From: Pirellulales bacterium
GTDB taxonomy: Bacteria > Planctomycetota > Planctomycetia > Pirellulales > JAICIG01
Direction of reading: 5' to 3'
Length of the DNA stretch: 64,000 bases
Assembly: GCA_040901675.1 (NCBI GenBank)
Contig: JBBDYJ010000017.1
Coordinates: 32,001 to 96,000 of the forward strand
A program made the translations under genes and the position numbers. The first letter of the stretch is position 1, and each line of letters starts with the position of its first letter. The notes under the pieces are model-generated. The model worked only from the letters and a program-made list of their open reading frames with translations. It did no database searches and was not told the origin of the DNA. Of the stretch, positions 34,559 through 43,522 are shown in pieces.

Positions 34559-35493
34559 CACCGCGCGGTCCTTGCCAAAAAGGGGACTTTACGAAAGAGG
34601 CAGCCGCCCAGCAGCCGCGCCTTGTGCCAGCCAGTCAATTGCGGGCGATGGTTCCAGACGTCGAACTGGCTCGCCCGAATCCGGGAGAGGATCGCCAGGC
34701 CGCCATGGATGAACAGCCACACGTCGGCGGCCAGCCCACGGGGCACCGCGGCCACCAGCGGCATCCCGCCGCGGAGGTAGTCTTCGGCCCGCTGCACCTG
34801 GAGTTCCAGCAGGCGGCGAAACCCCGGGCTCGCTTCGCGCCGCTCGAAGGACTGCTCGTCGTAGTTGTAGGCCCGGCACTCGTTGAGCGGGATGTAGATG
34901 CGGCCCCGGTCCCAGTCACCGGCCACGTCCTGACAAAAGTTGGCCAGTTGCAGTCCGGTACACACCGAGTCGGCCAGCAGTCCCCGCGGCCGGTCGTGGC
35001 AGCCCGCCACATAGAGCACCAGCCGGCCCACCGGGTTGGCCGAGCGGCGGCAGTATTCGAGAAGGTCGTCGAACGATTCGTAACGTCTCACCTGCTGGTC
35101 CTGGCGGAAGGCGGAGAGCAACTCGTGGAACGGCTCGGCCGGTATGTCGAACTGGCGGATGGTCTCGGCCAGGGCGACGGTGACGGGGTGGCGGGCTTGC
35201 CCGGCATAACAGGCGTCGAGCTCGCGCTGCCACCAGTCCAACAGTTGCAGGCTGCGATGGGAGTCGCCCGCTTCGTCGGCCAAGTCGTCGGCCCAGCGGC
35301 ACCAGGCATAGAGGTTGTGGAAATGCGGCTTGAGGCCGCGGGGCAGCAGCCAACTGGCGACGGTGAAGTTTTCGTAATGCGTGGCGGCCAGGCGGGAGCA
35401 GTACTGGCGGCTTTCGTCGGGCGAGAGGGGCGCCCGGGCGGTGCCGTCGGGGCCGTATGCGGCCAAGTCTTGGGCAAAGGCGGCACGGACCAT
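34558..35493 (-). CDS. hpnC: Hydroxysqualene synthase
   Basis: HYENFTVAS, RWADDLADE, AFRQDQ, YCRRSANPVGRLVL, LQLANFCQD. Confidence 0.93.
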   Translation of the reverse strand: MVRAAFAQDLAAYGPDGTARAPLSPDESRQYCSRLAATHYENFTVASWLLPRGLKPHFHNLYAWCRWADDLADEAGDSHRSLQLLDWWQRELDACYAGQARHPVTVALAETIRQFDIPAEPFHELLSAFRQDQQVRRYESFDDLLEYCRRSANPVGRLVLYVAGCHDRPRGLLADSVCTGLQLANFCQDVAGDWDRGRIYIPLNECRAYNYDEQSFERREASPGFRRLLELQVQRAEDYLRGGMPLVAAVPRGLAADVWLFIHGGLAILSRIRASQFDVWNHRPQLTGWHKARLLGGCLFRKVPFLARTAR

Positions 35494-35587
35494 AAAGAGC
35501 TGTCTGAAGCGCAGCGTGGAAAAGCGGCTCGGCTACCCAATCGGGCGCAGGTGCATTATGATGGTTTGGATCCCCTGAGACAAACGC

Positions 35588-36538
35588 ATGAAAATCATTT
35601 TGGCCAGTCCACGCGGCTTCTGCGCCGGCGTGAACATGGCAATCGAGAGCCTGGAGCTGGCAATTCAGCTCTACGGGACGCCGATCTACGTCTATCACGA
35701 GATCGTCCACAACAAGTACGTCGTGGAGACGTTCCGGGAGAAGGGGGTGGTGTTCGTGGACCGGCTGGAGGAGGTGCCCGAAGGCGGGCAGCTTTTGTAC
35801 TCGGCCCACGGCGTTTCACCGGAGGTCCGCTCGCTGGCCCGCACTCGGAAGCTCCGCACGATCGACGCCACCTGCCCGCTGGTGACCAAGGTGCACCTGG
35901 AGGCGATCCGCTTCGCCAAGAGCGGGTACACGATCGTGCTGATCGGGCACGAAGGGCACGACGAGGTGATCGGCACGATGGGCGAGGCGCCCGAGTCGAT
36001 CGTGCTGGTGGAAACGATCGAGGACGTCGACCGGCTCCGGGTGGCCGACCCGGCGCGCCTGGCCTACCTGACGCAGACCACGCTTTCGGTCGACGACGCC
36101 AACCGGATCATTCGCCGGCTGCGGGAGCGTTTTCCCCAGATCAACAATCCGCCCAAGGAAGACATCTGCTATGCCACGCAGAACCGCCAGGAGGCCGTGA
36201 ACCTGCTGTCGCGCGAGGCCGACGTGGTGCTGGTGCTGGGCAGCCAGAACAGCTCGAACAGCCAGCGGCTGGCCGAGCTATCGCTGGAGAACGGCGTGCC
36301 GGCGTACCTGATCGACGGGGCGGCCGACATCCGGGCGGAGTGGTTCCGGGGCGACGAAACGGTACTGGTCACGGCGGGTGCCAGCGCCCCGGAGCTGGTG
36401 GTGGAGGACTGCGTGGAGTTTTTGCGGAAGCGGTTCGGCGCGACGGTCGAGTCGCGGAGCGTGCGCGAGGAGGAGGTGCATTTTCCGCTGCCCCGCGAGC
36501 TGCGCGTCCTGGCAGGCACGTTGAAGGTGGAAAGGTGA
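35588..36538 (+). CDS. ispH: 4-hydroxy-3-methylbut-2-enyl diphosphate reductase
   Basis: PRGFCAGV, IVHN, SAHGV, DATCPLVTKVH, QTTLS, ICYATQNRQ, NSSNS, TAGASAP. Confidence 0.98.
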   Translation: MKIILASPRGFCAGVNMAIESLELAIQLYGTPIYVYHEIVHNKYVVETFREKGVVFVDRLEEVPEGGQLLYSAHGVSPEVRSLARTRKLRTIDATCPLVTKVHLEAIRFAKSGYTIVLIGHEGHDEVIGTMGEAPESIVLVETIEDVDRLRVADPARLAYLTQTTLSVDDANRIIRRLRERFPQINNPPKEDICYATQNRQEAVNLLSREADVVLVLGSQNSSNSQRLAELSLENGVPAYLIDGAADIRAEWFRGDETVLVTAGASAPELVVEDCVEFLRKRFGATVESRSVREEEVHFPLPRELRVLAGTLKVER

Positions 36539-36540
36539 TG

Positions 36541-36636
36541 AAGGCAGAAGGCAGAGGGCAGAGGGCAGAAGTCAGAGGGCAGAGGTCGGAGAAGGAATGG
36601 CACGGCTGATTCCTCCTTCCTCCTTCCTCCTTCATC
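36541..36636. repeat. Two 7-mer tandem arrays (GGGCAGA on +, AGGAGGA on -) between convergent genes
   Basis: aggcaga aggcaga gggcaga gggcaga agtcaga gggcaga; ttcctccttcctccttcctccttcatcc. Confidence 0.8.
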
Positions 36637-37057
36637 CTTGGATGTAGGTCTTGAGATACTGGTTCTCGATGGCCATGATCCGGTGCTGGGCCTTGACCAC
36701 GTCGCCGATCGAGATCAGGCCGCAGAGGCGGCCGTCTTCGAGAATGGGCAGGTGGCGGATGCGTTTTTCGGTCATGAGGCCCATGGTGTCCTCGACCGAG
36801 TCGCCCGGTTTTCCCGTGACGACGTCGCCGGTCATGGTGTCCTCGACCCGGCAGGCGTCTAGGGGAATGCGGCGGGCGGCACAGCAGCGGAGGATGTCGC
36901 GCTCGGTAATGATTCCCACCATGCGGTCCTCGCGGCAGACGACCAGCGAGCCGCAATTGAACTCGACGAGCTTCTGCACCACGTTGTCCAGCGTGGCATC
37001 GGGGCCGATTGAGTGCACCGCGGCACCCTTCTCGCGGAGGATTTCTCGCAGGACCAT
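36632..37057 (-). CDS. CBS-domain pair protein
   Basis: GIITERDIL, MTEKRIRHLPI, GLISIGDVVK. Confidence 0.95.
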   Translation of the reverse strand: MVLREILREKGAAVHSIGPDATLDNVVQKLVEFNCGSLVVCREDRMVGIITERDILRCCAARRIPLDACRVEDTMTGDVVTGKPGDSVEDTMGLMTEKRIRHLPILEDGRLCGLISIGDVVKAQHRIMAIENQYLKTYIQG

Positions 37058-37190
37058 GACGGGCTCCCGGTAAGGGGTGACTCGGAGGGGCTGAACAGCC
37101 CAAGCGCCGACGACCCGTTAGCTTAGATGACGGCAAGGGGCTCGGTCAAAAGAAAACCTTGCCGTTTTTCTTCCCGCTCGGTTGGCGGAT

Positions 37191-37260
37191 CGGGTGCCTG
37201 GCGGCAAAGCGCTAAGCGTGCCCCAGGCTTTCGTCGTCTCCCCTTGTCGCCTTGTCGCCT
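37191..37260. repeat. Family C hairpin plus 8-mer CCTTGTCG tail (left direct repeat)
   Basis: CGGGTGCCTGGCGGCAAAGCGCTAAGCGTGCCCCAGGCTTTCGTCGTCTCCCCTTGTCGCC. Confidence 0.85.
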
Positions 37261-37300
37261 GCTCCAACTCACCGATCTCGGCCCGCGGCTCCCGGCGAAT

Positions 37301-37345
37301 TTGCCTGATCCGCTTTTTGCGTATATACTTACGCAATATGCGTAA
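37301..37345 (+). promoter_or_regulatory. Sigma70 promoter with overlapping operator palindromes; probably leaderless mRNA
   Basis: TTGCCT-17 bp-TATACT, ATG 8 nt after the -10; inverted repeats TTGCGTA-N6-TACGCAA and TTACGCA-ATA-TGCGTAA. Confidence 0.7.
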
Positions 37346-37973
37346 ATCCGCCCCGCTCGATCCGCTGTTCCCGAAAACCAGGCAGCAGTTGCTGGGTGCC
37401 CTGCTGCTTGATCCAGCGCGATCCTGGTACGCAAGCGACCTGGCGCGGCGCCTGCGCGTTCGCCCGTCGACTTTGCAGCGCGAATTGGCGGGATTGGTCG
37501 AGGCCGGCGTGCTTCTCCGCCGAAGGGATGGAAATCGCGTCTATTACCAGGCCGACGTCGAGAGCCCGCTTTTTCCCGAACTTCGATCGCTTCTCTTGAA
37601 GACCGCCGGACTTGCCGACGTCGTCCAGCAAGCGTTGAAACCGCTTTCCAGCCGCATCGACGTGGCATTCATTCACGGCTCGATGGCCCGCGGCCAGGAG
37701 CGCTCGGCGAGCGATGTCGATCTGATGGTGATTGGGACCGTTGGGCTTTCAGAGCTTTCGCCCGCGCTTCGCAAGGCGGAGCAACGGATCGGCCGTCCCG
37801 TAAATCCTTCAGTCTTTGCCGCCGACGAGGTTGCAAAGAAGCTGGCGGCTGGCCATCATTTTCTGAGCAGCGTGCTCTCTTCCGAAAGAATCTTCGTCGT
37901 TGGAAGCGAAAGTGCCCTGGCTGCAATTACAGGTGGCGACGTACCTGCCGGGTGGCTGGCGGCAAAGCGGTAG
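37338..37973 (+). CDS. wHTH (ArsR-like) plus minimal nucleotidyltransferase (MNT) protein, antitoxin-like
   Basis: YASDLARRLRVRPSTLQRELAGL (HTH); AFIHGSMARG...SDVDLMVIG (GS/DxD). Confidence 0.9.
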   Translation: MRKSAPLDPLFPKTRQQLLGALLLDPARSWYASDLARRLRVRPSTLQRELAGLVEAGVLLRRRDGNRVYYQADVESPLFPELRSLLLKTAGLADVVQQALKPLSSRIDVAFIHGSMARGQERSASDVDLMVIGTVGLSELSPALRKAEQRIGRPVNPSVFAADEVAKKLAAGHHFLSSVLSSERIFVVGSESALAAITGGDVPAGWLAAKR

Positions 37974-38031
37974 CGTGCCCCAGTCTTCGTCGTCTCCCCT
38001 TGTCGCCTCGTCCCCTTGTCGCCTTGTCCCC
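37949..38031. repeat. Family C hairpin plus 8-mer tail (right direct repeat)
   Basis: CGGGTGGCTGGCGGCAAAGCGGTAGCGTGCCCCAGTCTTCGTCGTCTCCCCTTGTCGCC. Confidence 0.85.
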
Positions 38032-38040
38032 TCCTCCACC

Positions 38041-39219
38041 TCACCGGGCCGGAATCTCGGCCGCCCGCAGGTTGCGAAAGGAAAGATTCGTCGTCGGGTC
38101 GTGTCCCTGGATGATCAGCGTGCCGGCTTGGAGCCGCAGGCCGTTGCGTGGGTTGGGATCGGGCGGGCGGGTGTCGGTCCAGTCGCTCACCTGGTAGCCG
38201 TTGACCCAGGCCGCCATGTGCGGGCCCGATACAATCAGCGTCTTGTGAAACCACTCGAAGTCGTCGGCCACGACGCGGCGGGCGTTCTGCCGCCGGTAAA
38301 AGCCGCCGGTCCCACAGTCGAGCGGTTTGCCGCGGTCGCCGCCGGCATAGCCGTTGTGGATCTGGCTCTCATAGCCGTTCCAAAGCTCGCCGGGGATGCT
38401 GCGGAAGAAGATGCCGGAGTTGAGGTGCTTGCCGGCCGAGAAGATCTCCAGTTGCAGCACGAAATCGCCGAACCGCGCCTCGCTTTCCAACTGTCCCCGC
38501 CCGTTCTCGACGTGCAGGTGCCCTTCGCCGGTCACCGAAAACAGGCTCTTCTCGCCCGGAAAGACCCGCCAGCCGGCCAAGTCGCGGCCATTGAAGATAC
38601 TGTCGAGGCTCAACGGCCTGAGCTTCACGTTGCGGAACTCGACCGGCCCCTTGTTGAGCTGCAGGCCGATGAAGCCGCGTCCCAGGGGCTCCGGGTCGGT
38701 GTAGTCGAGCACGACCCGCCCATCGAGCTTGACGATGAAATGCCCGCCGTCGGCCGACACCTCGTAGCTGCGCCACTCGGTGCTGGTTTCGACCGGCTCG
38801 GCCTTTTGCCTGCCCACGAAGCTGCCGGTGAAAAACGGGCTCACTTCGGGCGCCGCGATATTCAGCTCGTAGCAGTCGCCGGCCGGGTCGGTGGGCCTGG
38901 CGGGCGTCCGCAGGAAGACGCCGCTATTGGTGGCCGCCGGGCAGCGGAAGTCGACCTTGAGCACGAAGTCGCCGAACTCGCTTGTGGTGTGCAGCAGGCC
39001 GGGCTGCCCCTCGGAGACCGAGATGACGCCATCCCCGACTTTCCAGTTTGCCTGGCTGGCGGCCTGCCAGCCGAAATCGGTCTGGCCGTCGAACAGCAGG
39101 ATCCAACCCTCGGCCAGTTCTTCGGGCGAGAGCGTATTGTGCACCTCGGCCGCGCGCAGCGGGCCGGCGACGATCAAGGCCGCGATCACAAAGCAGCCGT
39201 AGGCGAGTCGCTGACGCAT
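38041..39219 (-). CDS. Exported protein with two DUF1080 (3-keto-disaccharide hydrolase) domains
   Basis: EGWILLFDG, NSGVFLR, YELNI, GFIGLQ, VEFRNVKL; second copy IFNGRDLAGW, NSGIFFR, YESQI, QGHDP, SFRNL. Confidence 0.92.
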   Translation of the reverse strand: MRQRLAYGCFVIAALIVAGPLRAAEVHNTLSPEELAEGWILLFDGQTDFGWQAASQANWKVGDGVISVSEGQPGLLHTTSEFGDFVLKVDFRCPAATNSGVFLRTPARPTDPAGDCYELNIAAPEVSPFFTGSFVGRQKAEPVETSTEWRSYEVSADGGHFIVKLDGRVVLDYTDPEPLGRGFIGLQLNKGPVEFRNVKLRPLSLDSIFNGRDLAGWRVFPGEKSLFSVTGEGHLHVENGRGQLESEARFGDFVLQLEIFSAGKHLNSGIFFRSIPGELWNGYESQIHNGYAGGDRGKPLDCGTGGFYRRQNARRVVADDFEWFHKTLIVSGPHMAAWVNGYQVSDWTDTRPPDPNPRNGLRLQAGTLIIQGHDPTTNLSFRNLRAAEIPAR

Positions 39220-39330
39220 GACGAACAGTATGGACGGAGATGGATCGAGGTTCCAGTGGGGGCATGAGGTCAAAGGACCGCCTTGGGCTTTGCCAGAACG
39301 CGCAATCCGCGCCGATTTGGCATAATTTAT

Positions 39331-39358
39331 TTGACAAGACCGTTCCTCTTGATAGGCT
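39331..39358 (+). promoter_or_regulatory. Putative sigma70 promoter for the 39425 gene
   Basis: TTGACA-16 bp-TAGGCT with TG extension and an AT-rich upstream tract. Confidence 0.5.
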
Positions 39359-39424
39359 CCAAAGCGTCTGGCGGCCTCTCGTCCCGTCCGGCCGCCGGGA
39401 CTCTTCCTGCGAAAGGGGGTCGCC

Positions 39425-41989
39425 GTGGAACGCAGGCATCTCGCGTCGAAGCTTTCTTTCGGGCGGCGGTTGGCGTTTGAGCAGCTTGAAGTGCGCGTGC
39501 CGCCAAGCGACGGAGTGCTGGGACTGCTGGCAAGCGCGGCTTGGTTCCGCTGGGGAAAGGAACTCTATGCGGCCGGCGTGACGATCAACGACTTTGAAGT
39601 CGCATTCTCGCAGGTCAAATCCGACGCCCAGGCCGAAGACCCGTCGCTTTATTGGCTGGACGATTTTGACATGTGGACGATCCCCATGTCGGAGAACGTG
39701 CTTTATTACGACCCGCTTGAAGTGGACTTTGACGACTGGATTGCCGAGCGGGTCAAGCAGCGGACCGATATGCTCGAATCGGACCTCAATCTGGAGCCCG
39801 AGAGCGCTGTCGAGCGCTTGATGGCCCTTCTGGATCAGGCCGTGGAATTAGCGATTGCCAATGGCGGCTCGCTGGCCGGTGTCAGCCCAGAGGGCTTGAG
39901 CAGCGAGGAAGGGATCGTGGTTGATGATTCGGTGAGCACGTCCAGTTCATCCTGCCCAACCTGTCCGCCCATGCCAAACCAGCCGCCCGTCGCCGCGGAC
40001 GACTATTTTGAACTAGTGCATGACACCCACCTCGGAGGCAACGTCTTGAATGATACCATTCCGCCTGACGGCCCGCAGCCTCCGGTGTGGATTCAAACCA
40101 GCTCTACTTCGCACGGATACCTTGACTTTGAGTCAAATGGCTGGTTCGGCTACACGCCAGACCCTCTGTACGTAGGCTCCGATCAGTTCAAGTACATAAT
40201 CTACGACGGAGCGGACTACAGTAACGAAGCCACGGTCTTTCTCAACGTGACCAATCAAGCGCCGACAGCCAACCCTGACCCCGGTGGCGCAGAGCCGTTC
40301 TACCGTGCGCGCTGGAACGCCGTGCTCTCTGTCGCAGATGGGCCTCTGGACGTTCTGGTCAACGATACGGACCCGGACCAGCCAGACCAATTCAACCTTC
40401 AGGCGATCCAGGTCAGCAACACGTCGAACGGAAATACCGTCTTGCACCCGGACGGCAGCTTCGAGTACACGCCGAACATTGGCTTCACGGGCATGGACAG
40501 CTTTACGTACAAGGTTAGTGACGGCATCGCGGATAGCGCCCCCGCGACAGTGAGTATCAAAGTCATCGGGATCAATCTCGAAATCTCCGACGGACAGGGC
40601 GGTGCATTGCTCCCCGAAGAACCGGCACCGAAAAATGAGACCACTCGCGGTGCATACACGGTATACAATGCGAACGACACGGACGGTGACGGCAGAATCG
40701 ACTACGCTGACACAGAGGTAGCTGCGTACAAAACCACGTTCGGCGCTGCACCTCTCGGCGCTTTAACAATTACGGTGGCCAATTCGGACGGTTTCCTTGA
40801 AGAGGATCGGGTTCGCATCGGAATTCCTGACATCCATGGCAAGTACACGATCGGCTGGGAGGAACATCACATCGCAGCAATCGTAGGCAATGATGTGACG
40901 TTCCACGAGCCTCTGGAGGAGGCGTACCCTGGAGGCGCGGACATGCTTCATCCGGGGCGAGATGAAGTTGACCTTATGACAATCGTGTTAAGAGAGCCCA
41001 CTCACGAAGACCCGAATGTTCAGCAGGTCCAACTTGCCTGGAGCGGCGTCAAACTTTGGGAGAAGAGTACGAAAGAGATTGCGGTCACAAGCCAGATGCC
41101 AGGTATTAAATTCTACGATCTCGCAGAATTGCCAGTCACAGTTTACGCGGAAGCGACAACATGGAGCGGTATTCGAGACATTTCCATCACCTTAACGTAC
41201 GCGATTCCGCTCACCAACGGCACAGGCGTTACGGACAAGGTGCTGGCGACCGGAATTCATGCAAGCGCCTCTGCCGTGGCCGTTCAGACGGTAGACGCGC
41301 CGACCTTTTTTGGAACCGGGCCAGGCATGACGCCTACCTCATGGAACATAATGCCGAACCCGGTGCGCAATTGGATTGACAACATCATGGGCGGCGTCGG
41401 ACTCCGGCCGCGCTTGAACGACCCTTACGGGATTCATAACGTAATCGTCTTCGAGTACAGAATCTTTCCGTCTCGTGATCCTGCGGTATATGGCACCTGG
41501 GAGAGCGACGGCGTCATGTTCGATGCTACACGCCAAATGGAGGCAAAATCCTGGTTCAAAATCACCCCTAACTCTATCTGGGATCTTGACCACGACCAGC
41601 ACTTCAATCTATACGTTGAGGACCCCAACGATGATACTCTTAACACCGACGAAAGCGGTCTACCAGTGCTACCGCCCGTTCCGACCCCCCCGCCGCCAGA
41701 TCCATCACAGGTAGATACGGCGTACCGATTCTACGCGGCCGATGGACCGGGGATTATTCCCGGCTCCACTACGTTGCATGCCTACTTGGAGCGTTACAAT
41801 GGCATCGATTGGTTACGGGTTAAGTTTAATGGGGCTCGGCCAGCGGGATACTCCGGGTCTCGCGTATCGGCCGAGGTTCTGTGGCACGCGAGCCATGATG
41901 TCGTGAACGTGAATAACTTCTGGGAGCGGAGGCAAGGTGGTGAAAATGTCATCGGTGAAGGACATGTGCCATTAGGAGATCAGCCATGA
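39425..41989 (+). CDS. Large extracellular protein: planctomycete export motif, two Ig-like (Big_9/tandem-95) repeats, Ca-binding-like motif and an unknown C-terminal domain
   Basis: RRLAFEQLEVRVPPS; NQPPVAADD...YTPDPLYVGSDQFKY; NQAPTANPD...DGSFEYTPNIGFTGMDSFTYKVSDG; NDTDGDGRIDYAD; lower GC than flanks. Confidence 0.85.
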   Translation: MERRHLASKLSFGRRLAFEQLEVRVPPSDGVLGLLASAAWFRWGKELYAAGVTINDFEVAFSQVKSDAQAEDPSLYWLDDFDMWTIPMSENVLYYDPLEVDFDDWIAERVKQRTDMLESDLNLEPESAVERLMALLDQAVELAIANGGSLAGVSPEGLSSEEGIVVDDSVSTSSSSCPTCPPMPNQPPVAADDYFELVHDTHLGGNVLNDTIPPDGPQPPVWIQTSSTSHGYLDFESNGWFGYTPDPLYVGSDQFKYIIYDGADYSNEATVFLNVTNQAPTANPDPGGAEPFYRARWNAVLSVADGPLDVLVNDTDPDQPDQFNLQAIQVSNTSNGNTVLHPDGSFEYTPNIGFTGMDSFTYKVSDGIADSAPATVSIKVIGINLEISDGQGGALLPEEPAPKNETTRGAYTVYNANDTDGDGRIDYADTEVAAYKTTFGAAPLGALTITVANSDGFLEEDRVRIGIPDIHGKYTIGWEEHHIAAIVGNDVTFHEPLEEAYPGGADMLHPGRDEVDLMTIVLREPTHEDPNVQQVQLAWSGVKLWEKSTKEIAVTSQMPGIKFYDLAELPVTVYAEATTWSGIRDISITLTYAIPLTNGTGVTDKVLATGIHASASAVAVQTVDAPTFFGTGPGMTPTSWNIMPNPVRNWIDNIMGGVGLRPRLNDPYGIHNVIVFEYRIFPSRDPAVYGTWESDGVMFDATRQMEAKSWFKITPNSIWDLDHDQHFNLYVEDPNDDTLNTDESGLPVLPPVPTPPPPDPSQVDTAYRFYAADGPGIIPGSTTLHAYLERYNGIDWLRVKFNGARPAGYSGSRVSAEVLWHASHDVVNVNNFWERRQGGENVIGEGHVPLGDQP

Positions 41990-42720
41990 AGATCGTTGCT
42001 CTGCTGTTTGCCGGGTTGACGCTTGCAACCATATCCGTCCTGTGGGTACTTACTATTCGCCATCATGGAACGGCAGCGCCAATCCAGGCGGCGCCAATGG
42101 CCGCTCGTGAAGGGCCGAAAGCCGAGACGAATAGGGGTCTCGTTTCGGATCGAGACCGCGTGGAGCGTCTCCTGGCGGAACTACAATTGGAACAACCCCG
42201 GCTGAAGGCGAAGCGCCGAATAGCCTTCCATTACAGTTGCCTGGTCGGGGGGCTTATCTCAATAGCCGGGACGGAAAAGGAAAGGTACGTCGAGCTTTCG
42301 GACCCGCGCCAGATCGCGGTGGAGTTGCTCGGGGAGTTTAGGTGCCTGGATGCCATCCCTACGCTCATTGAGCATATTGAGTGGCAGCAGTCGATGTCTA
42401 TTACCGACAATTACGAGTTTGCCGGCTACCCGTGTGCCATGGCATTGAGCCGGTATGGGATAGCGGCAGTGCCGGCCATACTGACCCGCGTGCGGACCGG
42501 CCCGGTGAGCGATAGGGAGATCGATTTGTTCGCGCGGCTAATTCGCTCAGCGTATGAGCCGATGGGGGGCGATGACGAGGCCATCAGCACGGTTGAGCGG
42601 ACGATAGACCGCGCCACCCAAATAGACAATTTGGAGCGACTCTTGCACAAGCTGGAAGAGCTAACCCGCGCGCACGAAAGAAGAAGGGAGCGGGCCAAGT
42701 CCGGGCCAGCAGCGGCTTGA
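41986..42720 (+). CDS. Membrane-anchored/exported HEAT-repeat-like protein
   Basis: AGGAG SD and ATGA overlap; N-terminal TM; AVELLGEFRCLDAIPTLIEHI, YPCAMALSRYGIAAVPAIL. Confidence 0.75.
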   Translation: MKIVALLFAGLTLATISVLWVLTIRHHGTAAPIQAAPMAAREGPKAETNRGLVSDRDRVERLLAELQLEQPRLKAKRRIAFHYSCLVGGLISIAGTEKERYVELSDPRQIAVELLGEFRCLDAIPTLIEHIEWQQSMSITDNYEFAGYPCAMALSRYGIAAVPAILTRVRTGPVSDREIDLFARLIRSAYEPMGGDDEAISTVERTIDRATQIDNLERLLHKLEELTRAHERRRERAKSGPAAA

Positions 42721-42819
42721 GCAGCCATGTTCCCGAATGACCTCGGCGATCTCGTGTTCCATGGGTCTGCCGCCTGACTCGGCTCTTTCTCCGCGTCCTG
42801 CAGCCTAAAGCCTACCGCC

Positions 42820-43251
42820 TCATCCGCGGCGGATCTCCAGGCGCACTTCGCCGATGGGGCCGCCGGGCAGGTGCTCGCGGCCGGGACGCGGCGAAGGCGA
42901 CTGGGCGGGCAGTTCGACCTCAAGCACAAGTTCATTGCTCGGCCGAACAAGCCCGTGGACGTCAAACGCGGTCGGCACTGCGTAGCCGTCGATCTCGCCC
43001 AGCCGCGTCCCGTTGAGGATCGCCGCGCCGAACGTATCCACCCCGTCGATCACCAGCCAGACCCGCTCGTCGGTATCGAGGCTGCCGGGCCAATTGAAGT
43101 GCCGCACGTAACGGACGCGGCCCCGGAAGCCCGCGCCCAGCGTATCGCCCCAGTCCGCCGGCAACTGCACGCGACCCTTTTGCACAGGGCCCGGCGGAAG
43201 CGACTCATAGAGCCATGGACCCCGTAGCCGGATGCGATGCGGAACGGACAT
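42820..43251 (-). CDS. Stand-alone GH2-type sugar-binding (galactose-binding-like) domain protein
   Basis: HRIRLRGPW, GRVRYVRHF, VWLVIDGV, LNG, FDV, NELVLEV, IGEVRLE. Confidence 0.8.
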   Translation of the reverse strand: MSVPHRIRLRGPWLYESLPPGPVQKGRVQLPADWGDTLGAGFRGRVRYVRHFNWPGSLDTDERVWLVIDGVDTFGAAILNGTRLGEIDGYAVPTAFDVHGLVRPSNELVLEVELPAQSPSPRPGREHLPGGPIGEVRLEIRRG

Positions 43252-43276
43252 CGTTAAACGCAGATGGCGGAGGGAG

Positions 43277-43522
43277 GATCTTGGTACTTAGGACTTGGGA
43301 CTTGGGGGAAGACTTCGAAGCCGGACTTCGGCGAGCTCAGTCGAGCCGAGCCCAAAGTACAAGGGGAAAGACCTAAGCACCTCTCAGGGTCGCCAGAACT
43401 CTGGCGAGTCCAGCTACTGTCCACTGTCCACTGACTACTGTCCTGGGGCACGCTAACGCTTTGCCACCAGGCACCCGGCGTGTCTATTCTTCCTTCTTCC
43501 TTCCTCCTTCCTCCTTCCTCCT
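43277..43522. repeat. Mosaic of several repeat families
   Basis: GGACTT-type 7-mers, CTTCGGCGAGCTCAGTCGAGCC, GTAG-REP family D (43392-43417, -), ACTGTCC 7-mers, family C (43443-43477), TTCCTCC 7-mers. Confidence 0.75.
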
